NCBI RefSeq assembly: GCF_902713615.1
Contig: NC_052163.1
Location: forward strand, 84,493,721 to 84,557,720
Reading direction: 5' to 3'
Source of the DNA: Scyliorhinus canicula
Taxonomy: Eukaryota
Length of the DNA stretch: 64,000 nucleotides
In this document: piece by piece, positions 21,125 through 33,453 of the stretch
Layout: each line of letters opens with the position of its first letter
Numbering within the stretch: position 1 is the stretch's first letter
Notes under the pieces: generated by a model
What the model was told of the DNA's origin: nothing
What the model saw: only the letters and a program-made list of their open reading frames with translations
Databases searched by the model: none
Position numbers and translations under genes: made by a program

Positions 21125-22195
21125 ATCAGATAGGGTCGGCATGGATTTATGATGGGGAAATCTTGCTTGACAAATCTACTGGAATTCTTTGAGGATGTAA
21201 CTAGTAAAATTGATGAGGGGGAACCAATTTATTTGGACTTTTAGAACGCTTTCAGCAAAGTCTCACAGAAGAGATTAGCGTGTAAAATTAAAGCACATCG
21301 GATTAGGGATTGTGTATTGAGATGGATAGAAAACTGGTTGGCAGACAGGAAACAAAGAGGAGGAGCTAATGGGTCTTTTTCCAAATGGCAGGCAGTAACT
21401 AGTGGGGTACCGCAGGGATCTGTGCTGGGTCCACAGCTATTAACAATTTAGATGACAGAACTAAATTTAATATCTCCAAATTTGCAGATGACTCAGAGTT
21501 GGGTGGGAGGGTGAGCTGTGAGGTGGATGCAGAGGTCCTTCAGTGTGAATGGACAAGTTGAGTGAGTGGGAAAATAAATGGCAGATTCAGTATAATTTGG
21601 ATAAATGCAAGATTATCCACTTTAGTAGCAGAAACGAGAAGGCAGACTATTATCTGAATGGCCATAAATTAAGAGCAGGGAAGGACCTGGGTGTCCTTGA
21701 ACACCAGTCACTGAAGGTAAGCATGCAGGTGCAGCAGGCAATAAAAAAGACAAATGGTATGTTGGCCTTCATAGCGGGAGGATTTGAGTACAGGAACAGG
21801 AATGTCTTGCTGCAATAATACTGGTGAGGCAACACTTGGAATATTGTGTGCAGTTATGGTCTCCTTATCCAAGGAAGGATGTTCTCGATCGAGAGGGAGT
21901 GCAGCGAAGGTTTACCAGACTGATTCCTGGATGGGCGGGACTGACATATGAGGAGAGATTGAGTGGGTTAAGATTATATTTGCTGGAGTTCAGAAGAATG
22001 AGGGGGGAATCTCTAACAGGACTGGACAGAGTAAATGCAATAAGGATGTTCCCGACTGTGGGGGTGTCCAGAGCTGGGGTCACTGTTTGAGGATACAGGG
22101 TAGACCATTTAGGACAGAGATGAGGAGAAATGTCTTCACCCAGAGAATGAACGACCTGTGGAAGCTTCTTCCACAGAAAGTAGTTGGGGCCTGTC
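21125..22195 (+). mobile_element. Degenerate CR1 LINE 3' fragment
   Basis: SCLTNLLEFFED, GVPQGSVLGP, FADD and HLEYCVQLWSP-like motifs, with stops. Confidence 0.85.
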
Positions 22196-22199
22196 AGAA

Positions 22200-24445
22200 C
22201 CCCCACGAGGACCACGGGGAAAGTAATTCTTTTTTTAAACTTTTTTTATTCGGGTTTTTCATAATTCAGTGCAAACTTTACAATTTCCATACATTGTGGT
22301 TTAGGCAATAATTTGCCAGCAAACCCCCCACACCCCCAACCCACTTTGTTTGGTTGCTGGCTATGAACAGGTCTTGAAACAAGTGGTGAATGACTTCCAC
22401 GTCCTGGGAAAGCCTACTTCTGACCCACGAATGGCGAACTTTATCTCCTCCAGTCTGAGAAATTCCGTCAGGTCGGGCAGCCTTGAGTGGTGCTGCTGAT
22501 TTCCAGCCAAGCGGCAGTCTCTGGCAGACAACCAGCGAGACAAAGCTAGGGTGTCACATCCACTTCCCCATGAATAGCTCTGGGCTGCTCTGATACCCCA
22601 AAAATGCCACTAGTGAGCACTGCTCCACCCTCACCCCCACAACCCTGGGCATGACCTCAAAGAAGGACATGCAGTACCCGACAAGTCTGGGGCAAGACCA
22701 GAACATGTGGGTGGGGTTGGCCCAGTCTCTTTGGAACGGTTCACATTTGTCCTCCACCTTCATTCTGGTTAGGTTCACCCTGTGCACCACCGTTAGCTGC
22801 GTCAGGCTCAGCTCTGCGCACGTGGAGGTGAAGTTTGCCCTGTGCAGTGCTTCGATCCAGAGCCCTCCCCCTAAGTCCCTGCCAAGTTCTCCCCCCTACA
22901 TTTTCTTTGTCTCTTCCAAGGGTGAGCGTACCATTTCTAACAGTTACCTATACATGTCCGCACAGTTCCTCTGCCCTAGCTCGCCCACATTCAGTAGTCT
23001 ATCCAGCAGTGACTGTCCTGGAATCTGGGGTTTGTCATTGTAACCTTGTGGAGGGAGTTTTTGACCTTTATGTACCTTGGGTTGTTCCCTCTCGGGAGCC
23101 AGAACTTCTCCATGTGTTCCTCCAGGGTCGCTACTCTACCGTCCATGTACAAGTTCCTAACCATCAGTGACCCTCCTCCTGTCTCCACCTTTTGAAGGAG
23201 GCGTCCATTATTGTGGAAGTGAACCTGTGATTATTGCAGATGGGGGCCATGGTGGCCATTTTGGTTAGTCCGAAGTGCTGTCTCATTTGGTTCCATGTTC
23301 AGAGCGTGGCTGCTAAATGGGCTTTTCAAGTATCTGGCCAGGGGGGGATGGGAGTGTGGCTGTGGTTGGCGCTTGGAGGAATGTCCCTGCATAGGAACTT
23401 ACCCACTTCGCTCCTGGTTCCTTGACCCACCCCGTGCTCATTCCGAGGTGGTCACCCAGTGGTAGAACTGGAGGTTCGGGAGGGCCAGGCCTCCCACATT
23501 TCTCCTTTTGTAGGACCTTCTTCTTAATCATTGAGTTCTTCCCCCCTCAAACAAATGCCATGATTAGCTTATTTACTGTGCTGAATAAGGCTTTAAGGAT
23601 GTAGACCAGTAGGGTTCTGAACAGGAAGAGGAACCTGGGCAGAACATTCACTTTGATCGTCTGCACTCTCCCCGCCAGGGAGAGTGGTAGTGAGCCCCGC
23701 CTCTGCAGTTCCATTTTTACTTCCTCCACCAGACTCGTGAGGTTCCAATTCTTGATCCGTGTCCAGTTGTCGCTACTTGGATTCCCAGGTATCGGACTTT
23801 GATCTGGGCAGTTTGAATGGTCGTTCTCCCAGCTCTGCTCCTCCCCCTGTGGGTTGACTGGGAAGATTTGGCCTTTACTCAGGTTAAGTTTGTAACCTGA
23901 GAAGGTTTCAAAATCCTTCAGGAGTTTCATTATTCCTTCCATGGTGGCCAGTTGGTTGGAGATGTAGGGGAGCAGGTCATCTGCATACAGTGAGACTCTA
24001 TGACCTCTGTCTCCCCTTTGGAATCCTCTCCACCCCTTTTCCACTCTGAGGGTGATCGTCGGTGGTTTGATTGACAGGGTGAACGGTAGTTGCGACAGCA
24101 GCAAACTCCCTGCCTCATGCCTTTGGCAGCCTGTAGTATTCAGAGCTGGTGGTGTCAGTCCATAGGCTCGCCATGGGAACACTGTACAGTAGTTTCACCC
24201 AGGAGGTGAACCCTGGCCCAAATCCAAACTGCTCCAGTACCTCTATGAGGTACCTCCCTTTGACCCTGTCCAAAGTCTTTCCTGCATCCAGGAAGATGAT
24301 CATCTCTGCTGTTTTCTCCCTGGATGAGGTCATGATCATGCTCAGCATAATATTTGCTGTTAGCTTCCTGCCCTTGACAAAGCTTGTCTGATCTTCTCTG
24401 ACTATCTCTGGCACACAACTCTCCAGCCACCTTGCCAGGGCCACC
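22200..24445 (-). mobile_element. Degenerate L1-like ORF2 RT and 3' end
   Basis: Minus-strand DQTSFVKGR, LDAGKTLDRV, LYADDLL and SLAGRVQTIKVNVLPRFLF motifs, plus the C-terminal CxxC..HMFWSC. Confidence 0.85.
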
Positions 24446-24559
24446 GTGACTCCAGTAATGCACGGGTCAGTCTGCCTTCCTGTGGTCGTGTTGCAGGACT
24501 GGGAGTAAACATGTTGCCATGAAACTGGTTAAGAGTCCTCCGTTTTGAGTGGCAACAAG

Positions 24560-26290
24560 TTTTTCAGATGAGAACCGGAAATCTGTACGATTTACTGGGT
24601 AAATACCCCAAAGTGTTCCAGGAGGGTCTGGGCAGGATAAAAGGGGCCAAAGCCTATATCTACGTGGATCCTGATGCTCAGCTGCAGTATTTTAGGATGA
24701 GGCCTGTACCTTACGCATTGCTTGCCAAGGTCGACGCGGAACTTCGGCACCTGCAGGATCCGGGGGCCATGCACCCTGTTAGGTTGCAGGATGAGCTGCA
24801 CCTGTGGTGCCAGTAATGAAGCCCGACAAAACTATCCAGCTCTGCGGAGATTTTCAAGCTCACCGTGAACAGAGCTTCGCACCTGGGGCACTACCCAATG
24901 CCCAGGGTGGGGGATTTGTATGCCAGGCTAGCTGACGGATGTTCCTTCACGGAGCTGGATGTGAGCCACGCTTATTTGCAGGTGGAGCTAGATCTGGAGT
25001 CCAGGACGTTTGCAACCATCAACACTCATCCAGGGTTGTTTGAGTACACCTGCCTCCTATTCGGGGTTTCATTGGCCCCGTGATTTTTCAGCAGATGATG
25101 GAGAATATCTTGCAGGACTTGTCGAAGGTGGCCATCTTGCTGGACGACGTGCTCATTACGGGCTCCACAGAATCGGAGCACACGGACAACCTGCTGGAAG
25201 TACTCCGGCGTTTTCCCATGTAGGCGCCCCGTTAAAGAGGAGCAAGTGTGTATTTTGAACTAGAATAGTGAACTATTTAGGTTACAGGGTGGGCCAGGAT
25301 TGATCTACACCCATTGGAAGATAAGGTTTGCGCTATAAAAGGGGCCCTGACAGCAAAGAACGCCACTGAGCTCCGGTCGTTTTTTTGCCTGGTCAACTAC
25401 TATGGGAAGTTCATTGCCAACCTGGCCAATCTGATCGCTCTGCTCCACGTACTTTTGAGGAAGGACCTTGAGTGGTGCTTGGGCACATCACGGGACAAAG
25501 CATTTGCTGGTGTTAAGAAGTGTCTGTCGTCTACGCAGCTTTTTAAAAACGATGATCTGGCTCAACCTCTAATCTCGACATGCAATGCTTCCCCCCCCCC
25601 CCCCGGCATTGGGGCACTGCAGGCCCACGAATGGGCGATGGCACGGAACGCCCCATTGTGTTCAAAGACCGATGTCGTGCTCAAATAGAGAAAGAGAGCT
25701 TGGCGGTAATGTTTGGCATATAAAGTTCCATCAGTACGTTTATGAAGGACATTTTTTACGGCATGTGGCGCAGTGGTTAGCACTGGGACTACGGCGCTGA
25801 GGACCCGGGTTCGAATCCCGGCCCTGGGTCACTGTCCATGTGGAGTTTGCACATTCTCCCAAAGTCTGCCACCCCCACAACCCAAAAATGTGCAGTTCAG
25901 GTGGATTGGCCATGCTAAATTACCCCTTAATTGGAAAAAAAATAATTGGGTACTCTAAATTTAAAAAAAATGAAGGACATTTTTTCATTGTAAGAGATCA
26001 CAAACCGCTGTTCGGCCTTTTCACAGAGGAAAGGGGAATCCCACTCATCGCCTTGGTTAGAATCCAGCATTGGGCACCGCCCGGGTACACAAATTGCCCA
26101 TGCCGAGGCCCTAAGCCATCTGCTGTTGCCCGTAAATACCCCATCATCACCAGTAGCGGATGAAGTGATTGCAACTCTCAACTTCATGGACAACATGCTG
26201 GTGACAGCTACTCAGGTGCCTCTGTGGATACAACGAGGCCAAGGATTGGGGAAACTTCGCAAAACTGCTGAGTGGCGGGAAAGGTGGGCT
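24560..26290 (+). pseudogene. Decayed Gypsy (Mag-like) pol fragment without LTRs
   Basis: RPVPYALLAKVD, LDVSHAYLQ, FCLVNYYGKF and DHKPL RT/RNase H motifs; many frameshifts. Confidence 0.8.
25758..25969 (+). mobile_element. Short-tail SINE with a 16-bp TSD
   Basis: TSD atgaaggacatttttt at 25742-25757 and 25970-25985. Confidence 0.9.
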
Positions 26291-26802
26291 CTTCCGGAAA
26301 CCCTCCAGTCTCTTGCCTTTAAGTTGCAGAGCTCAGTGCAACTTAGGTTGATTGACCATGCTAAATTGTCCCTTAGTTTCCAAACATGTGGAGGTTGGAT
26401 GGGGTTGGATGGGGTTATGGGGTTAGTATGGGGAGTGGGCCTAGGTAGGGTGCTCTTTCAGAGGGTTGTTGCATGCACGGTGGGCCGAATGGCCTCCTTC
26501 TGCACTGTAGAAATTCTATGGTTTTAAGTCGGTATCATATTGTGAGGAGCTTGTGCAGTCCGCGATGGATGCAGAAGTGTCCGTATCAGCGGACAACGTC
26601 GTGTCAGGACCGAAATCCCAGTAATAACTATTCGGGGGTCAGCCAGGACATGGTGATCGACAAACCGGTGGAAGCACATTTGAGGGCAAAGTGACGCAGA
26701 AGGCCTCAACAATTGGTGGCTGAAGGGGGCATTCGGACTTTGGGGGTGGGGTGTTACAACTCCCATGAGAGCCACGGAGAAAGTATTGTTGATCAGCATG
26801 TG

Positions 26803-27160
26803 GGGCAGCACGGTAGCATGGTGGTTAGCGTCAACGCTTCACAGCTCCAGGGTCCCAGGTTCGGTTCCCGGCTGGGTCACTGTCTGTGCGGAGTCTGCAC
26901 GTCCTCCCCGTGTGTGCGTGGGTTTCCTCCGGGTGCTCCGGTTTCCTCCCACAGTCCAAAGATGTGCGGGTTAGGTGGATTGGCCATGCTAAATTGCCCG
27001 TAGTGTCCTAAAAAAAAAGTAAGGTTAAGGCGGGGGGGGGGGGGGGGGTTTGGGTTACGGGTATAGGGTGGATACGTGGGTTTGAGTAGGGTGATCATTG
27101 CTCAGCACAACATCGAGGGCCGAAGGGCCTGTTCTGTGCTGTACTGTTCTACTGTTCTAT
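26803..27160 (+). mobile_element. Full-length SINE with the CR1 tail
   Basis: Near-identical to 17932-18264. Confidence 0.9.
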
Positions 27161-27589
27161 AAAAAAATCTCTTCGTCGAGTTCGAGCTTCCAGAAAGGGG
27201 TGGAGGTTACCCGGCTGGGACTGGTCCAAAGCAGGGCCGACGGTGGTTAGATCTCCCAGCTAGGCCTGTACTGGGAGCAAAATACTGCATCAAGCAGAAT
27301 ATTGTAAATAGTTAAATAAACCTATGTTCATTTACGGCTGGCTTCTTCAAGTTACTAAAAGGCTAAAAAATTGCATGTTTTCAAGAAGCGCTTTGATATA
27401 GCATTTGGCAGGAAAGGGAGCAAAGGATATGAGGGGACGACGGGATTCATCTTTTGAGTTGGATGATCAGCCATGATTATAATGAATGGTGGAACAGGCT
27501 TGAAGGGCTGAATGGCCTCCTCCCGCTCCTATTTTCTGTTTCTATGTTCATAGAATCAAAACATTGAGAGCTAATTCTACCTCATTTAA

Positions 27590-28100
27590 ATATCAAAGGA
27601 GGTTGGTTGAAGCTACTTGGCATTGCATTGAGATGGAAGTTTCACCCAATCAGCTTTCAGTATTTGAATGTGATTTGGTGCAGGCCAACCCAGCTTCCCC
27701 CAGTGAGTCAAAGTGACAAACAGCTGGGGTCCCAGCAGGAAGTGTACAATGTTATTTTAAGGCGAGGGACTGTCCAGATCAGAATCAAACTATTTATATC
27801 AACAATACACAAATATCTTGGTTTCTGCACCACCTACATGCTCACTGTTTAAAGGCTGAATTGTACTTCATACAACTGCCCGAGTTTAATTTCCTTTTCA
27901 TAAAATTGATGGGAGCAAAATCCACAACTTCAGAATAAAAGGAGGGCATTCAGCACCTCGTGCCTTCATTGGCTCTCCAAGGCACAATTTATCAAGTGCC
28001 AAGCCCTGGCCTTCATCTATTTTACAACTCCAATGAAAGGTAAAATGGCCCAAACATGTGATTTTACATTTTCTTTGGTCCAAACTTTACTCTTTGTCCA
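27590..28100. promoter_or_regulatory. Non-coding block conserved between the two clusters (paralogue 58265-59030); candidate enhancer
   Basis: Aligns by eye at ~65-70%. E-box CAGCTG 27721-27726 and GGAAGT Ets-like site 27736-27743. Function is inferred. Confidence 0.5.
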
Positions 28101-28719
28101 GTAGCTGTGACTCAGACTGTTGAGGGTCAGCAGAAGTTAGTCACATTTCCCGAGTGACCATTCTTCATGTGGGACCCCACACAGCCAGTGTGGACAGACA
28201 GGTGTAGCCACACTGCAAGCCAATGCTGTCCTCATCCCACTTCCAGCAATCAGGGTGACTGGCAGTGATCAGGGAATTCTGGCTGATGTAGCCCCAGGAA
28301 TATTGAAGGTAGCCATAGCTCTCATTTCATGGCCAGGGAAGATCAGCTACCACATCCCAGACAGGACTAAGCCGTTGAACCTCCCTATTCTGCTAGAATC
28401 TATGCAATTTTTTTGCTGCAGGTTTACACTCGCTCTAGGAGATGAATATTAATGATGTGCTCAATGCAGCGGTTTGAATTAGGAGCATCTTCTCAATAAA
28501 CACGACATCAAATCAATACAGAAAGTCTTCACTTTACGTTGGAACATTTAGGTAATTTCGATTTAATGCGGTGTTGTTAATGGTGTAGAAGACTGAGTGG
28601 TCATGTGAGAACGTGATAATGCAGCTTCATAAGAGGTCACGTGGCAGGTAGCACGTCATTTACCTCAGGAGTCCGAGCAGAGCACAAGTACTGTGTGTAG
28701 CTGTGAGTTTAGAGATATA

Positions 28720-29330
28720 CTGGGCGGGATTCTCCCTTACCTGATGCCAAAATCATGTTCGGTGATCGGGCAGAGAATGGGCTCTGACGCCGGAATTGGG
28801 GCCGGTGCCAGTTTGATGCCGGTCAGCCATGCTCCGCCCCCTCAGAAATGGCGCCAACGTGCCTCGCGCCATTGTAACGGTGTTGGCATGGCATTGGCCG
28901 GCCCTCCCGCGATGCTCAGCCCCCCATGGGCTGAGTTCACCATGGCACGGTTCACATGTGGTCCCAGCCATATGGGAACCCGGCATGGTGGCTGCGGACT
29001 GTGTCCAGCACTGCCACACCTGGCCGGAATCCATGCCGCTGGCCAGGGGTGCTTCCGCAAGGGCTGGGGAGACTGGTGGGGGGGGGGGGGGGCATCAGGT
29101 GGCCAGGGTGGACTGTGGGTTCGTGGATGGTGGGTTGGGTCCATGCATGGCCGGTGCCATGTTGTACGTCGTGACCTCTGCAGTTCGTCAGCCGTGCGCA
29201 TGCACGATCCGGGACCCGGCCACTCTCAGGCCATTTTGGGCGCGGAAACCAGTAGCGACCTCTCATGCTCCAAATTGTCACCGACCCTTCCACCTGTTTG
29301 CTGCCTACCCAGCTTGTGACTTACCTCAGC
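28720..29330. mobile_element. GC-rich non-autonomous (MITE-like) repeat
   Basis: Starts gggcgggattctcc; the same terminus (ggagaatcccgccc) occurs at 43922-43935. Right boundary uncertain. Confidence 0.45.
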
Positions 29331-31918
29331 GATCCTGATAATGTTAGATATAGCACTTAGGGCGAAGGGAATCAAAGGATAGGGGGGGAAAGTGGGATTC
29401 GGCTATTGAGTTGGATGATCAGACACAATCATAATGAATGGTGGAGCAGGCTCGAAGGGCCAAATAGCCTCCTCCTGCTCCTACTTACTATGTTTCTATG
29501 TAATCAATGTGTCTCTCACTCTGTAGGTTGTTTCTGCATCTTGCTGCTTATCTGCCGAGCCTTCTCTCAGAGTCCGCACTCAGGAGATGGAATCGATGAA
29601 TGGGAAAATCGGTTTGGCAGTGGGCCAGAGGGTCAGGATTGGGAGAGGTGGCAAGAGAGAGGTAAGTAAAAAGAGATCACATTAATATTTTTAATTTTAT
29701 TTATTTAATTAAAAATATTATTTTTAAAGTTATTTTGTTTTGATTATAGTAATTTAGCAATGTACAATATTTAAACTTACCGGGTACAATGGTTTAATTT
29801 TCTTTCTGACACTAAAGATTCTACAGAACCTAACTAAAGTTTTTACGTTGGTTGCATTGGCAAAATCTGATTTGCTCAACATTGTTTCAATTACATCCGG
29901 TGGCGGCCATGGTGTGAGTGGTTGGCAGCTCCCGCTCGAGGCTGCTTTTTCGGACCTTTTCCCCGTTTGTAGGGTGGTTGATGTGCAGAAGAAAGGTGTA
30001 GGGGTGGCTGGAGGAGAGTTTGACTCCACTGGTGTGGCTGGTGGATGGAGCCACGGACTAGAAGTGGGTCGAGAAGAAGGGAGCTGTTGGAGCAAGAGAA
30101 TCTTCGTGCGCCACAGGTCAAGATGGCGGGGGGTAAAGGGTCTACCTTGCCTGCCCAATTGTCGACCAACTGTTGGACATTTTAAATGAAAAATTAGTCG
30201 GCCGAGGAGAGAAGCCCAGGAGGACCTATCCAAGGCGGTGGAACCGTTGAAAGCAGGAATTGATCATGTGGAGCAGAGGCTGGAGTCCCAGAGTCAGGCT
30301 ATTTGGAAAGTGGAGGAGGCGGTGGGGGAGCACGAAGAGTAGCTTACCTCATTTGCGGCTGAAATAGGTGTGATGCGGGAGACCCAGAAGCTGTTCACGG
30401 AGAAGATGGAGAACCGCTCCCAGAGGCATAACCTAGGAATAGTGGGGATGCCTGAAGGCATCGAGGGAGTGGACGCTGGCACGTATTTGGCCAAGATGAT
30501 GGAAAGGTTGATTGGGGGAGGGGGCCTTTGACCGGCCCCTGGAGGTCGACCGAGTGCACAGGGTGCTAATGAAGAAGCCGCAGGCGAATGAGTCGCCGAG
30601 GACAATGGTGGTGCGTCTTCATCTGTTCCTGGACAAGGAGAAGATACTGAGATGGGCGAGGCAGACGGGGAGATGCACCTGGGAGGTGGGCGAACTTTGG
30701 TGTACCAGGACCTGGGTGCGGACCTGACGAAGAGGAGATCGAGGTTTAATCGGGTGAAGGCTGCCCTCTTTAAAAAGGGGTTGAAGTTTGGGATGTTGTA
30801 CCCGGCTTGTCTTTGGGTGACTTTTGACAGCCGAGAACATTATTTTGGAACACCAGAGGAGGCGATGGAGTTTTTAAGAGACTACGGACTGGCAGGAGAA
30901 GGAGGACATTGAAGTGTGAAGAAGGGGTGAGGAGCTGGGTGCTTTTTCTGATTTTTCCTGTATCTTTTCTTTTGTCGGTTGTTGGAGAACTTTTGTCCTT
31001 CTAGATGTTTTGTCCTTCTAGATTGGGGGTTAGTGCACTTTTTTTTTCCTTCTGGTTGCACTGTTGGTTGCGAGGTGTGCAAGCTGGGGGAGGGGAATCA
31101 GCAGCAGGTCGGAGGTTTGAGCTGCTTGGGCGGGGGCTGCCAGGCTAGCTGGACAGGCTAGTTAACAGGAGTACAGTGTAGAATTGTCAGGTGGTTCGTG
31201 TAATAGAGGGGGATGGGGTAGGTGTTTTGTTTAAGGGAGGGGCGGAGGGTGCTGCTGACAAAAGTGTTGTTGCTGTGGCGTAGCATGGGAGGGAGTGGTG
31301 ACGGTGGACATATGAGGGTGGGCCTGGAGGGTCGTGTGGCATGGGCCGGGGGCTGGCCTAAAAAGGGGATTGGCTGATCAGCAGGGGAGGGGGTTGGAGT
31401 GCCCTCCAACCAGTTGGTCACATGGAATGTGAGGGGGCTGAATAGGCCGATTAAACGGTCGCTTGTTATCGCGCACCTGAGGAGCTTGAAGGCGGACGTG
31501 GCCATTTTGCATGAAATGTATTTGAAGATTGGCGATCAGACAATGCCAAGGAAAGGGTGGGTAGGGCAAGTCTTCCATCCAGGATTAGACATGAAGATGT
31601 GGGGGGTGACGGTGCTGATAAATAAATGGGTGGCGTTTGAGGTGGGGAATATATTAGCAAATTCAGAGAGAAGGTTTGTGAAGGTGAGTGTGAAGCTGAA
31701 GGGGATGCCTGTGGTCCTGGTAAATGTTTACGCCCCAAATTGGGGTGACTTGGAGTTCATGAGGCGAGTGCTGAAGAAGAACCCAGACCTGGACGAGCAC
31801 TGGTTGATTATCGGGGGCGGGGGGCACTTTAACATGGTCATTGATCCAGAGTTAGGCCGGTCGAGCCAGAGGTCGGGGAGGGTGTTGGCGGTGGCGAAGG
31901 AATTGAAGGGGTTCATGG

Positions 31919-32794
31919 TGTTGCTATATTTATCAGGTTATAAATATGGCAGTCAATATGGTCTCCTTCCTTAATCCTATTTATGTTTGCTCTAGAGTCG
32001 CCAGGTATCTTTCGATACCGCCATAAGGTTCAAACCCGAATAATGATCAAAGAGCCAATGCACCAGTTAGCTAGTTCAAAGTCAATACTATTTATTTACA
32101 CACACAGTAATATCTACTCATGCACAAAATACTACAAACTAAACTATCTCTAACGCTAACGCCTATACTTAACTTCGGGTGCCCACTCAGTCAGAGGAAC
32201 AATGGCTGTTGTTTAGATCTGAGGTCGTTGGGTTCGAAGTGGTACAGGAGAACAGCTAAGGTCGTCCGTCTGGTAGCGAGCGTTAACCTTGGACTTACTT
32301 GCTTCTGGTGCAGCTGGTGGACGGGTCTCTCCGCTTTGAGAGCCGAGTCCAAGAGAGCGATTCTCTCGCGGGGCCTTCTTCTTATACCCGAAGGGGCTTT
32401 GCGTGCTTTTGGGCGGGCCTTGAACTTGGCCCCAATTAATTGGGCCGTATCTTGATCACTCGTATTGATCTTAACCAATAAAGGGGTGGGTGCCCTGATG
32501 GCTGGGCGTGTCCTAGGTGGTCGTTGGCCTGGCTTTGTTTACACTTCCGGTTTGGGGAACTGGCGGCGGGGTGTCTGGAGCTAGATCGGTTGCTTGAGTG
32601 TCTTTCCTTTGTTCCCGGAGATGGGCCATTAATATGTTAATTGACCTATAATTTCAGTCTCGTCTGGGAGTTGCCTTCTCCAATATGCATACAGGCTCTG
32701 TGTCTGCTTGCTTTCTTAACATTGTCCATATTTCCCTACAGTGATTGCGATCATCCATTTTGTATTCTGGAAGTGGCCATCCGAGATGGATACA
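31919..32794 (-). mobile_element. 876-bp solo LTR related to 8982-9892
   Basis: TG...CA termini, exact TSD ATGG (31915-31918 / 32795-32798); both ends resemble the 8982 LTR. Confidence 0.85.
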
Positions 32795-33453
32795 ATGGAG
32801 CGCATGGCGGGAATGGACCTGTGGAGGTTTGGAAGGCCGAGGATGAAGGATGTTTCGTACTTCTCCCACATGCACAGGGTTTACTCTTGGATTGATTTTT
32901 TTGTAGTGGGTAAGGCATTATTGGTGGGGATGGTTGACTCGGAGTACTTGGTGATTGTGGTTTCAGACCACATTGGGTGGATCGGGGGGCTAGCGTCCGC
33001 AGTGGAGGCTGATAAGGAGGTATGTGAGTGGGTGAGGGCCACCATTCAGGGGTATGTGGAACTGAATGGCATAGGTGAGGTCCTGGCCGCCACGCTGTGA
33101 GGGGCACTCAAGGCAGTGATTAGGGGGGAGTTTATATTGATTGGGCGCACAAGGAGAAAGTGGAGCAAGCAGAGATGGCAAGTTTGGTGGACAAGATCCT
33201 GCGGGTAGACAAGAGGTACTCGGAGGGCCCGGAGGCGGGAGTGTTGAGGGAGCGGCAGAAGCTCCAGATGGAGTTTGGGCTGGTGTCCACAAGGAGGGCA
33301 GTTGCGGAGGGCCAGAGGAGCAATGTATGACTATGGGGAGAAGGCTAGCAGGATGCTGAACCATCAACTCAGGAAACAGGATGCAGTGAGGGAGATTGGT
33401 AGGGTGAAGGACGGTAAGGGTGGAGTGATATTGGACCCGATGGAAGTGAACTG

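Noticed and set aside
28693-29338. Overlapping 100-200-aa ORFs here and at 43475-44008
   Set aside because: GC-rich repeat sequence with few stops and no recognisable domain.
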